Origin: Lophium mytilinum
Lineage: Eukaryota
Assembly: GCA_010093605.1 (NCBI GenBank)
Contig: MU004193.1
Coordinates: 1-64,000, forward strand
Reading direction: 5' to 3'
DNA length: 64,000 nt
The notes below the pieces were generated by a model, which saw only the letters and a list, made by a program, of their open reading frames with translations, was not told the DNA's origin and ran no database searches. Position 1 is the stretch's first letter; every line of letters starts with the position of its first letter. A program made the translations under genes and the position numbers. This document shows positions 38,565 through 48,729 of the stretch, piece after piece.

Positions 38565-38975
38565 ATGAAGTCCTTCGCCACCATCGCCCTCACCATCCTC
38601 GTCGCCGCTACCACCATCTCCGCCCGTCCCAACACCATGGAGCGCCGGCAGACCGCCGTCCAGAAGGTCAGCGTCCAACTCACCAACGACCGCACTGGCA
38701 GCAGCGGTGTCTTCAACGCGGCTCTCAACAACGGCGCCGTTCCCATTGTCGATCTCTTCCTCGGCACCGGTGTCGATTTCGGCGGCGTCGTACTTGCCTC
38801 CAGCGCGCAATTTGTTGGCACCATTCTACCCGGCGCGGCTTGTGTCATCAAGGGCAATGATGGGCGGGTGTTTGGGGATATCAATGACCGCAAGACGTTT
38901 ACCGATTTGGATGGGGATGCGGGCATCGCGATCCCGCAGAACTTGAACGATGCTACTTTGGAGTGCCAGCTATGA
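38565..38975 (+). CDS. Small secreted protein (136 aa, signal peptide, RR propeptide site, 2 Cys)
   Basis: Signal-like N-terminus MKSFATIALTILVAATTISA, then ERR|Q. Strong codon bias. TATA box GATATAAAA at about 38380. Confidence 0.85.
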   Translation: MKSFATIALTILVAATTISARPNTMERRQTAVQKVSVQLTNDRTGSSGVFNAALNNGAVPIVDLFLGTGVDFGGVVLASSAQFVGTILPGAACVIKGNDGRVFGDINDRKTFTDLDGDAGIAIPQNLNDATLECQL

Positions 38976-39244
38976 GGAGTACGGTTGTGGGACGGGATAT
39001 TGGGGGTGGTCAGGTGTTCAGACGTTTCTGCATTGGGTTTGGGTCACGGTTGCATAGCGGGTTTTGCATTTAGGGCATTTGATTTTCTGTCATTAGAGTA
39101 GATGGTATCATTATGATAAGAGCCTTTGACTTCGATTCGCTCGTCTGAGTATCTCGGAACTTACGCGTATCATTAGGGGACACTTAACACCTACAGAACC
39201 TTGTGAAGAGGAAACGCGGTCGGCGATCCCAGTTGATCTAAGCA

Positions 39245-40318
39245 CTACACGGTGAAGCAGGCCTTAAAATTCAATAGCATTATTTGCGTAAAACTCCGCC
39301 CTTGCCACTGTCTCCATCGAATGCTCGCAACAATTTGCTCGATCTCCGCGTGGTTTTCTTTCCAGAAGTCGTAGAAACTGTCAGCCAATGGCACCTCCTT
39401 AGACTTGTACGCGCCGTGAACAGCGTCAAAGGTTTTCCAAATATTCTTCAGCACATTCTTATTTCTTAACGACACGGCAGATCCACGCCCTTGTCGTGAT
39501 ATGGGTGTTTTCTTTATCTTATTGGACGCTGTCTCGACGCCTCGAAGAATGCATGTCGTGATTGCATGCGGCGGGTCGGTCCGAGTCAGGGCTATTGCTT
39601 TGACGAGATTCGCTGAAGCTCGATCCATGAAACACTTGCCGTCTGTATATGCTTCCAGCTCCGCACCATAATCGAGGAGCATATTCACCAGTTTTGCAAG
39701 CTCAGCCATGTCGCCCTCTCTCATATCACGCCATGTTAGGTGATTCAACTCGTCGAATTTGACGATTGCTCCTTTCTGTATTAGCAGATCGATGAGCTTC
39801 GTACGTGGTACCACACTCCGCCCTTGGACCTCAAGCATCCAGCTCTCGTCCAGCGCATCCGACCTCGCCAACGCGCCATACTCAATCAACAAAGATGCTG
39901 TCTCGGGTTGGACATGAGCGAGGGCTATGTCGAGTGGGGATTTCTCTGGCCCTCCGTCCGAGTCCCGACATCGCAGATTTACATCTGCACCTTGTTCCAG
40001 GAGCTCCTGAATCAAATCCAGATAGTCACCGCCTCTTTGGTAGATAATTTGATGGAGGATTGGCCACCTGTTTAGGGTGTGATAGTCTAATAGACCAGGT
40101 GTCACCACTGTAACGTGATGTAACATGAGACACCGTAAATGCGGGAATTTGCGGCATTTGATGGCCCACGAGAGCTCTCCAATCGCACGCGCTGAAACGT
40201 CAACTTTCAGCAGGTCATGGTATCTGACGCTGGTTCTGCAGAACCTGCTTAGCGAGATACTGTCAAGGTCCTTCGCAATCTCGAAGATCAGCTCGTTGGG
40301 GAGTTTCCAGAACGGCAT
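39245..40318 (-). CDS. F-box-like + ankyrin-repeat protein, paralog 1
   Basis: N-terminal LPNELIFEIAKDLD...LSRF; ankyrin-like ELLEQGADVN, SPLDIAL, LLIEYGA, LLDYGAE. Confidence 0.85.
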   Translation of the reverse strand: MPFWKLPNELIFEIAKDLDSISLSRFCRTSVRYHDLLKVDVSARAIGELSWAIKCRKFPHLRCLMLHHVTVVTPGLLDYHTLNRWPILHQIIYQRGGDYLDLIQELLEQGADVNLRCRDSDGGPEKSPLDIALAHVQPETASLLIEYGALARSDALDESWMLEVQGRSVVPRTKLIDLLIQKGAIVKFDELNHLTWRDMREGDMAELAKLVNMLLDYGAELEAYTDGKCFMDRASANLVKAIALTRTDPPHAITTCILRGVETASNKIKKTPISRQGRGSAVSLRNKNVLKNIWKTFDAVHGAYKSKEVPLADSFYDFWKENHAEIEQIVASIRWRQWQGRSFTQIMLLNFKACFTV

Positions 40319-40945
40319 GATTATTTTCAACAGCTATGGACCAACTTTTATCGCGTTTCACTTCATCCAAGCTCTTCATAAGAACGAATCAAACCTAGGC
40401 ATAGAGAGTTTGTGGATCATTTCCAGGCGCGTGTCATGCGCCCATAGAACATGAGCAAACCACTTTTCGAAGGGTTTGGCAGGCTTCCAAGTCTTGGCAG
40501 GCAATCATGACCTTCATTTCAACTAGTTCTAGAGCCTTGTAGCATTCATTGGGCAGGATCTCGTGCAACCTCGTTCAGTCGGTCAAGACTCGGCGTGAGC
40601 ATCAGTTGTAGAATTAAGCGCTAATTCGCACTAGCAGCCTCGCCTAGAGCGGAGAGGTCACGTGCAATAAGCCAAGGGTATCGCCACTGTGCGCTTTGAT
40701 CGGCATCCCATCAGGGTACCACAGTCGCGTGAACGTGTACTCTTTGAATTGTATGATATGTTTCACTTTCAGGGGCAGAAAGGAGCTTCCTAGCTGGTTA
40801 ATACGATGCGAATTGAATTTGGGATTGCCTCTCAGGCCAACTCAAGTACCATCACACGAGTGGAAGCAGAATCACGTGGTAATTCGGTTTCTCTGCCTCT
40901 ATCTATGTCTCTGTTTATCTGCCTACTGGGTTCACGGGTCCAATA

Positions 40946-42169
40946 TCATAGAATACTGCAACAGCTTCCCGTGACTTCGGTTTTAACATCATCAATGATG
41001 ATTTCCTTCTTAACGGGCGTGAATCGCCTTAGTCGAAGAACAGTCTCAATCTCAGCATGATTTTCATTCCAGAACTTGCAGAAATCGTCGTCCATCGGGA
41101 CATGATTGGCCTCATACGCCTTGTGAATCGCTTTGAACAAATTCCATGGCGTTTCCAAAGCTGCCTCGTACGTGATGAAGCCCGGCCATCTGATTCCTCT
41201 TGGTTCCTTGTTCTCATCGTCCCAACCTTCCTGAACATACCTCAAGACGAACTTGGTGATTATATGCGGCGGACGCGCCAGGGCGATTGCTGTGAAGAAC
41301 TCTACGGTAGAATGCTGCAAGAAGTGCCGGCCGTAATGATCCCTTCGTTCCGGATCAGCACCATGCTCGATCAGAAAGGTGATCATATCAGCATTCTCTT
41401 CATGGCTTCGTGACCACGCTCCCTGCAATGCAACGCGTAAGACATTGACTGTCTCTCTAATCGACGTGGTGACGCAGTCATGCGGTTTGTTTCTGATGCC
41501 GTTTGGATCGGCTCCAAGCTGCAAGAGTTTGCGAATGAGCCGCATCTGATCCTGAAATGCGTCTGGCAAGGGTGGAAGATATTCCATGTCTTTACGCAAA
41601 ATAGCTCTACCAGTAACGGTTTTGATGAGATGCCTTGTGCGCGTTATGTAGAACGTGTCGGGTACGCTGTTCGGGGTGCCATACTCAATAAAGCAGCCCG
41701 ACTCGATCAGTAGCAGCGCTATCTTGAAATGTCCCTCTCTTATAGCCAGTGTCAGTGGTGGGCGAGTAAAGCTATACAGCCCCTTGTTAAGAAGCGTCGA
41801 CGTAGCTCCCGCATCTAGGAGCTGCCGAATGAGTGTAACATCTTCGTCACCTTTCTGGTGTATGACTTCGTTGAGGATTGGGAGTCTACGTGGAGAGTAA
41901 CACCCGTCAATGAGTTCTGGAGTGAGTCCATCAACGTTGTGAGCTAGAAGATGTCGTAGAGTTGGTATGCTTGGTTCCAGCAGAGCCCACCGAAGAGCGG
42001 TGATCTTTTCCCCATGATAGAGCCGGAGTGCATTCACGCGCTTGAAAAGATCGCTATCCAGAAGGTCGTGATATCTCCAGCTGACTCCAGACAGTCTACT
42101 TAGGGAAACATCGTCGAGATATTGACCGATCATAAGCACCAGCTCATTAGGTAGTGCCAGGAATGTCAT
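40946..42169 (-). CDS. F-box-like + ankyrin-repeat protein, paralog 2
   Basis: N-terminal LPNELVLMIGQYLDD..LSRL; ankyrin-like PPLTLAIREGH..IALLLIESG, LLQLGADPN, LIEHGADP. Shares the C-terminal F.A.H.AY....VP..D.F..FW.ENHAEIE with paralog 1. Confidence 0.87.
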   Translation of the reverse strand: MTFLALPNELVLMIGQYLDDVSLSRLSGVSWRYHDLLDSDLFKRVNALRLYHGEKITALRWALLEPSIPTLRHLLAHNVDGLTPELIDGCYSPRRLPILNEVIHQKGDEDVTLIRQLLDAGATSTLLNKGLYSFTRPPLTLAIREGHFKIALLLIESGCFIEYGTPNSVPDTFYITRTRHLIKTVTGRAILRKDMEYLPPLPDAFQDQMRLIRKLLQLGADPNGIRNKPHDCVTTSIRETVNVLRVALQGAWSRSHEENADMITFLIEHGADPERRDHYGRHFLQHSTVEFFTAIALARPPHIITKFVLRYVQEGWDDENKEPRGIRWPGFITYEAALETPWNLFKAIHKAYEANHVPMDDDFCKFWNENHAEIETVLRLRRFTPVKKEIIIDDVKTEVTGSCCSIL

Positions 42170-43772
42170 AACTCTAGTCGCAGATTTTTAGTACGATGTC
42201 ACGAATCTCTATATGCTTTTCCCTCACCGCTTATGGATATTTTCAGATACGTGAAGGGGCTGTCTTGTATGGACACCGCCGTCTCAGATTGCTCGGCGTC
42301 TTTATGGAGTGCGCAAACCGTTGAGCCTTTTTTTCAGTCAGGTTTCTGAGATTACAACGAAGCCTTACCCAGGTACTAAAGAATCGTTTTGCAGACCTAT
42401 GAAAACCCACGGGGCTTATCTGGTGATTTTTGGATGAAGCTGTTACAGGAAAAGAATAGAGATTGCTGGAAATCGACATCTTATAAGTGCACATAGTCAG
42501 GCTTGCTTTGACGGTTTTATTGGCATATGTATCATGTCACACGCCCATGAAGTGTCATCTTCTTCGCCCAAACGTGGGTATAGCAGAGTCGAGACTCATG
42601 ACCTTTGCTTGCAGTGTGCAAAAACGCATGCAATGTAAGACTAGCCAGGTGTTTGTGCAGGCTCTGGCCCTTCTGGCTCACTTGAAATGCTTCGTCATGG
42701 GGCCCCTAAACACGGCCCCCCCCGTAGAGGTAGGCTCAAACGATTGTTGGCGGTTGGATGCCTCTTCTTCCGTGATTATTGGGACCATTTTGATTAGAGG
42801 ATTCAGTGACCACCATTTTGCAAACATAGTGTGGCAATTGATACTTCGAAATATGCAGTCATATTCGTTGTCAACCATGATGGGGCGCCGGAGCCGCACA
42901 TAACGATCGGTGTTTCCCTAATGCGCAGCCATGATAATGAGAAGATTCTTGTGGACGCTAGGGAGATCGGCAGGAAGACGGTCGTCGAGCGATGGAAGAC
43001 TAGCATCTTCTTGTTTGTCGAATTTAATCTGTCCTATCTCCTTACTACACGTAGACTTAGGATCCTTTCGCTCAACGGTCTCCATTACCTCGCCGATGTC
43101 GAACCAATCAGCCATAACAGCTTGCCGCTATGGGATATCCGAATAGATAGTGAAGAGGCTGGGCAAGAGGCGATGCCGTTGATTTGAGTGAATGGTGGGT
43201 TAGCAGAATTCTAGACCCTGATTTCGCCAGAACGGAGTTCCGAGGTATGGCAGCCTTATCACCACGCAGAATTCGGATCTTCCGTAGTCTATTGCCTCAT
43301 TACTATTACGCTTTTCCAACGTTTCGTGGTCAGTGATAGCACTCCGCAACCTAAAGGAAGTAAACTCTTAGGTTTCTCACTTTCTTATAGGTACCGCACG
43401 ACGAGAATTGCTTTTGCATAGCCTAAAGCCAAGGGCTAGCGGATTTACTGCTAAAGTCAGCCTGCTAATTCAAAGATTTTAGAGCAACAGGGCTGGCTAT
43501 ATCGTCAGAAAACGGGAGGTCGCGGCAATTGAAAGTTACATTCACTAGCTGTACAGTAGATATATTTACAATTGCCTCCCACTGCTTAAAACCTTTGAAT
43601 GTGCTTTGACAAGCTTGAAAGACTTCATCTGTGTACACAGGTTTGCTACCTCCTAGGGTCTTTCAACGCATATTTACTACGTCAAACTTTCCCACTCCAA
43701 CACATTTTGTAAACCAAGCACTTTTCAACTTCACCTCCCCTCATGCCACCCCTCATAGCCGTTCTCATCCAT

Positions 43773-45191
43773 CTACAACCCCTTGACGATCTCGGGCAGC
43801 AGCTTCTCCGTAAACTGCCACAGCTTACTCGAATCCTGAGCATGCCACGCAGCGCCCGTCCAGAATGTCTTCTTCCCTCCTTGCAGCGCATACAGCTTCT
43901 TATAGAAACCACTCTTGAGTGCCTCAAGCGACACCGTGAACTCGAACGGTGAGTGGCTATGGAATATCACGAACTCAGGCGTCGTGGTATTCAGCGTTCC
44001 CGCAGTCTTGAGTCTCTCGACCGCCGCAATGATCGCAGCTTTGGCGTTGGCATCACCAATGGGAGCTGGCGTACAATACTTCACGGTGAAGAGGCCTGAC
44101 GTATCGGTAGACTGAACGAAATATGGACCAGGAAGGAAGGGAACGTTCCACGGGGTGTCCGCGCCGAAGTTGCGAACTTCAATGCCGTCGGGGATACCGG
44201 TGTTCTTGATGATGGAGGAGTAGTATCCGGCGTTCAGAAACTCGCTAAAGATGTCCCTCTCATTTAGGTCGAGGTCCCAGCCGGGCAAGTTCTCGAGCTT
44301 GGGCGGGATACTCGAGAGAAGTTTCTTAGCGATGATGAGTTTCTTCCCTGTGGGAGTCTGGACCTGAACCTTGACGCCGAGGGGAGAAGAGCGGTCGACG
44401 GAGAGGATGGTGGTGCTTAGAAGTGCTCTCTTGCCTAGTATTTTTTCGGCAGCTTCGTAGGGTGCTCGGTTATTGTGCGAAACGGTAGCTTGGTAGTTAT
44501 TTTCTTGCAGTGCTTTGATGCTGGCCAAGCTGACAAGTTTGAAGACGTAGAGGGTCAAATGATCTAGGAAAGGGCCCATTCCATTCCCGAAAATGTTGAG
44601 GATCTGGACAGCGCCTTCAATATTGTATTTCTTGACGAAGTCACCGAAAGGGATGAGTAGATCCTCCGGTATAGGATCCGGCAGGTCAAATGAGTCTTCG
44701 AGGTACGGGTACTTGGATATTTGCTCCACGTAGTTAATCAATCCTTGTGTGACATTCCCTGAGTAGATGCTTGTCACAGTCTTACCAGTACGGAAGTCAA
44801 CCGGGATGGTGGTGAGCGTCGTTGTGCCCGCGCGAGCGATATCGGTCTGTTGCAACTTCACCCCGAGTCGTTTGAAGTAATTTTGGACCACTGGGATGTC
44901 GTACCAGGCGACGACACCCATCTCGGTGTTGTTCCCAGACGCAGGATCAGTGTAGGTGTATGTGTGTCCTCCGAGATAGTCGTGGTGGTCCACAACGATG
45001 ACGCTCTTCCCCAAGTCGGTCAATCGAATCGCGCCATAAGTTCCACTTCCTCCTCCACCGAGAACGACCACGTCCGTCGTGATGATATCCGGGGGCCCGT
45101 ATCCATCTATGCTGGTAGTTCTCTCGGTCATTGCGGCGGTTGTTGCAGAAATTGCGCTGACTGCAGCAAATAAAAGTGAGGACACCCTCAT
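43773..45191 (-). CDS. Secreted flavin-containing amine oxidoreductase (CpaO/beta-cyclopiazonate dehydrogenase-like family)
   Basis: Signal-like MRVSSLLFAAVSAISA; FAD-binding DVVVLGGGGSGTYGA..LGGHT; C-terminal LYALQG...TFWTGAAW..DSS.LW. Confidence 0.9.
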   Translation of the reverse strand: MRVSSLLFAAVSAISATTAAMTERTTSIDGYGPPDIITTDVVVLGGGGSGTYGAIRLTDLGKSVIVVDHHDYLGGHTYTYTDPASGNNTEMGVVAWYDIPVVQNYFKRLGVKLQQTDIARAGTTTLTTIPVDFRTGKTVTSIYSGNVTQGLINYVEQISKYPYLEDSFDLPDPIPEDLLIPFGDFVKKYNIEGAVQILNIFGNGMGPFLDHLTLYVFKLVSLASIKALQENNYQATVSHNNRAPYEAAEKILGKRALLSTTILSVDRSSPLGVKVQVQTPTGKKLIIAKKLLSSIPPKLENLPGWDLDLNERDIFSEFLNAGYYSSIIKNTGIPDGIEVRNFGADTPWNVPFLPGPYFVQSTDTSGLFTVKYCTPAPIGDANAKAAIIAAVERLKTAGTLNTTTPEFVIFHSHSPFEFTVSLEALKSGFYKKLYALQGGKKTFWTGAAWHAQDSSKLWQFTEKLLPEIVKGL

Positions 45192-46435
45192 TTCAAAGGC
45201 GAACGGATTAAATGCGGATGTCTGGTAGAAGCAGAGCAAACTAGTGAGCTGAGGTACTTCTTCTACATCATTACGAACGGCTCATATATATATGGGTGAT
45301 TCCATGCCGACAAAATCTTGCCTGATGTGTTCTTCAAGCATATGAATTGCGCAAACAAAGGGGTGACCAATAGCAACCCCTGCTTCGGCCGGAACGACAC
45401 CAGCGGAACGACACCAGCCGAAGCAACATGCATAAATTCAGTCTTCATGGACCGCATGTACCTCCGACCAGACTTTCATGGTGTCCGGAAGAAGGGAGAC
45501 ACCTTGAAAGAGTCCCAAAATGCACGTTCCCCGCATGATCTGCACTGCAGGCCTTACCACGTGGGGGAGAGGTGCATGATGACGAGCTTTCATAGCCGTC
45601 CGGGTCCTAGGATTCTGCAAACTTTGACGGAAATCTGCTCTTCCATTCGGCTCGCGATGTTCCTGGAAGTCCGTAGGATCTCGGATCGGATGGGCTCGTA
45701 CGCGGGAATGATCCTCGACCGCATCTGAAGGGGTAAGATGTTGAGCTCAACATCTTCGCGTTCTAGCTGATACGCTTCTCGTCTTTGCTGCAATTTGCTA
45801 GTCTTTCGCTTTGGATCTCAATCCTATGCTCCCTTTCAATTAGGCCTCGAAGCATAGTATCTCAGCTTCAAGAGAGACTATGCAAACTAATTTTGGTTCG
45901 TAGAAGTTCAAGGAGCAAGTGCGCCATACCAAAAACATATAGCACCTCTGCAAATATCTCTGTGTAATACTATTGCTTGTTCTGTTCCATTCTAGCTACC
46001 GAGACCTATAGTGATGAGTGAGAGTGTAATTCTACTTACGCCCCTCCGTCCTCCGCCGGTGACTCCAGGCTATCGTGTCCACGAATATTGGGCGTTTGAT
46101 CTTGTCCGTATTGCTTTAAATTGGGCTAAGACACCCGTGATAGTGGCTGGGAATTATGCGGGAACCCTAACACCGACGACGTTTTACATATACTAAGAGA
46201 AAACCCCTCTGTCCTCTTTTTTCTTCGCCTAGGATTAGCGTCGCTACAGCGTGGGCAATAACCCGAGGCGGGCAGGTCTACAGTCGGATACTATCCCGTT
46301 TAGCTTAACAGGTTGGTTGGTGCTGCCTTAGCTCGCTGAAAAATCTTTGATAGGGTTTTTCGTACGCAGTTTATGCCCTCATATGCGATCTTACAACACC
46401 CTCCGGACCCCACAGTACCTACACGAAGTTGAGAG

Positions 46436-46927
46436 GGGCTCAAGCCCGTGTTGTAAAAGGTCGAAATAGGCTTCTGCCCTTGGGCTGGGTTGTTCAAGTT
46501 TGCCAGGTACGGGCTAATTGTCGAATCGTCGGGTCCACGCCCGTGTAGTAAATCGTCTAACCAGGGTTCATTTTTGGATTGAGTTGTTCAAAACTGCTAG
46601 GTACGGATGAATTATGGATCGTCGGGTCCAGGGCCGTGTTGTGAAGCGAGTAATTAGGCATTTGTTTTCGGACTGGGGTAAGTCTGCTAGGTACGGGTTA
46701 ATTACCGAATCGTCGGGTCGTGAGTGTTGTGAACCCTACAAGTAGGCCTCTGTTCTCTAATTGGGCCGTTTCAGTCTGCTAGGTACGGCTTAATTGCCGA
46801 ATCGTGGGGTTAAAGCCCGTGTTGCTTGTAACCGATCTTAAAAGGTCATTCTTCTTGGTTCAGGTTGCTTATATCTGCTGGGTACGGATGAATTACCGGA
46901 TCGTGCCGTCGGACTAACCTTGGACAG
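46436..46927. repeat. Non-coding array of 5 conserved about 35-50 bp cores (plus one partial) separated by variable about 40 bp segments
   Basis: Core YTGCYRGGTACGGNYNAATTRYSGRATCGT. Its (A/G)GGTAC lies at 46505, 46599, 46689, 46781 and 46880 (periods 94, 90, 92, 99). Confidence 0.9.
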
Positions 46928-48729
46928 ATCGTGTCTTATATGCAACTATTCTCCCCGCATTTGCCACGGATACGATTTAGACATTAGGAGTCCTCAAAAT
47001 GCTCGTAATGACCGGTGGCTTTGCCAGTCGTTGAGTTGTTCGCGGTCAGGATAATCGGAGTCAGACGGAGTATACCGGAACGTCGCTTAAGAGCTGGGCT
47101 AGGGGGCTTAGTAGTCATCTTCGTAGCCGACATAGTTGCATTGCAGTCAATTAGGGGCTAGCTGTAAGAAGCGCAGTTGAGCGGTTATGTCGGAACCCCA
47201 TGGGGTGTGGAAACACGAGCTAATCACGTACCCCAGGACCAGCGTCGTCACCTTCCACATTGCGCGCAGCCCAATCGTCAACCCCCTGAACTCATGCAGA
47301 TAGCCATCCTACAGAGCTCGCACAATTTCTTGGCCCACTCTGTAAGCAAGATCATTCGAAAACAATGCCAAGCCTCCATTTTGCACCTTTTAGTGAAGAA
47401 GTTGGGACGCGGAACCACTCTGCCAGGGCGATGACCTTTAGTGACTGTTGAAAGGACACTGCACCCCCGCACACGCATCTGCGATTTTAGAGACTATGCA
47501 ACTGGCGCAAGATAGGAAAAAGTGACGTACTGGAGTGAGAGCGCAGCAAAGGATCCCAAACTATCAGCCACTTTACTCACAATACCAGGCTTGACAACAT
47601 CAGTTTTCAAAATACCTATCAAATCTATGTACGATGAAGAGCACAACAACTGTAGTTGCCAACTACTGCTGCCATCCTTCTCCGCTGCCTCTACTCCCCT
47701 CGTGCCCCCGATATAACCAATGCTCGCGCATGCCTACTGCCTTTCTATTCTTATGACAGGCTTGAAACATTACTAGGCCACCATAGATGATGACTTTCAG
47801 GTATACGCAGAAGAGATCTCATAGTTGCCCACCGCTTGAAAATCCTCGCTCGCTTTCCACCTCCGCCTCCGTGACGATCACGGTCCAAAGGCCAACTCAC
47901 CTGGACATCTTGATACCCCCCTCCTTCGAGAGATCCGCGAATAATCACGCGTAATGCCCATACGCAATTCCAAGGCTAGGCACGCGAGTTTAGCGACATT
48001 AACTCCCCAAGCCTTGCCACTTACGTTATCGACATGCTCTCCAGGGCCACCGCCTCGAAGAATCTCCTTCAAGAAAACAGCGCCTCAAAGAGACACTGAC
48101 CGGAAGTACATATAGCGGCGACAACGAGTAGGGACAACGCGACACCGCCCGATTTGGTGTATAACGCGGACGCGCGCTATCGTATGAGTACGAGGATATG
48201 CGCCAGCTCTTCCAAGACTCCGAGAAAATCTCCGTGAGTAAGCAGAAAGATGCCGCGGCTTTGCTCTATGCATTTCCTGTGCTGCTATAGTAACTGTCAG
48301 ACTAGGTATTGACAATGTGATACGAAGCGAAGGGCTGCAAAAAACCGAGAGATCACGATATTACCAGAAATATTTTGGCGTAGGAGGTGATACGGGAGTG
48401 TCATGTGTCTAGCACGTGGATATCCAGTCACAAGCTTATCAGCCCCATCATAGGTCGGGAACTGCGGGACTTCCGAGCTTTACGGAAACCCATTAAAGCG
48501 CCTCGACTGTCCCGGGCCTCATATTCACGCGTCCTAGATAGATTCTCAATCCATCGGAATTCGAGAGCATCTTCCTACTCTACGCCAGCTTCTCCTCGAA
48601 CGCGAGATGATATTAAAGCCTATCTTTCCACTGCTTCGTGTCCATCGTAGGCAAAGTAATACACCTGACTAACTAACCTCCTCTCTGAAGTGAGCCAAGC
48701 GCTGTCTAGGTGCTTTTGAAATTCGCCTT

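Noticed and set aside
42487..43187. Short ORFs between F-box gene 2 and the oxidase
   Set aside because: No recognisable motif, no ATG start and no convincing exon chain.
46436..46927. True CRISPR array
   Set aside because: Eukaryotic context, no cas genes, degenerate repeats, and linkers that are partly homologous to one another.
46436..46927. Tandem hammerhead/twister/HDV ribozymes
   Set aside because: No CUGANGA/GAAA core. There is only a superficial AAGCCCG resemblance to twister, and the required pseudoknot partners are not seen.
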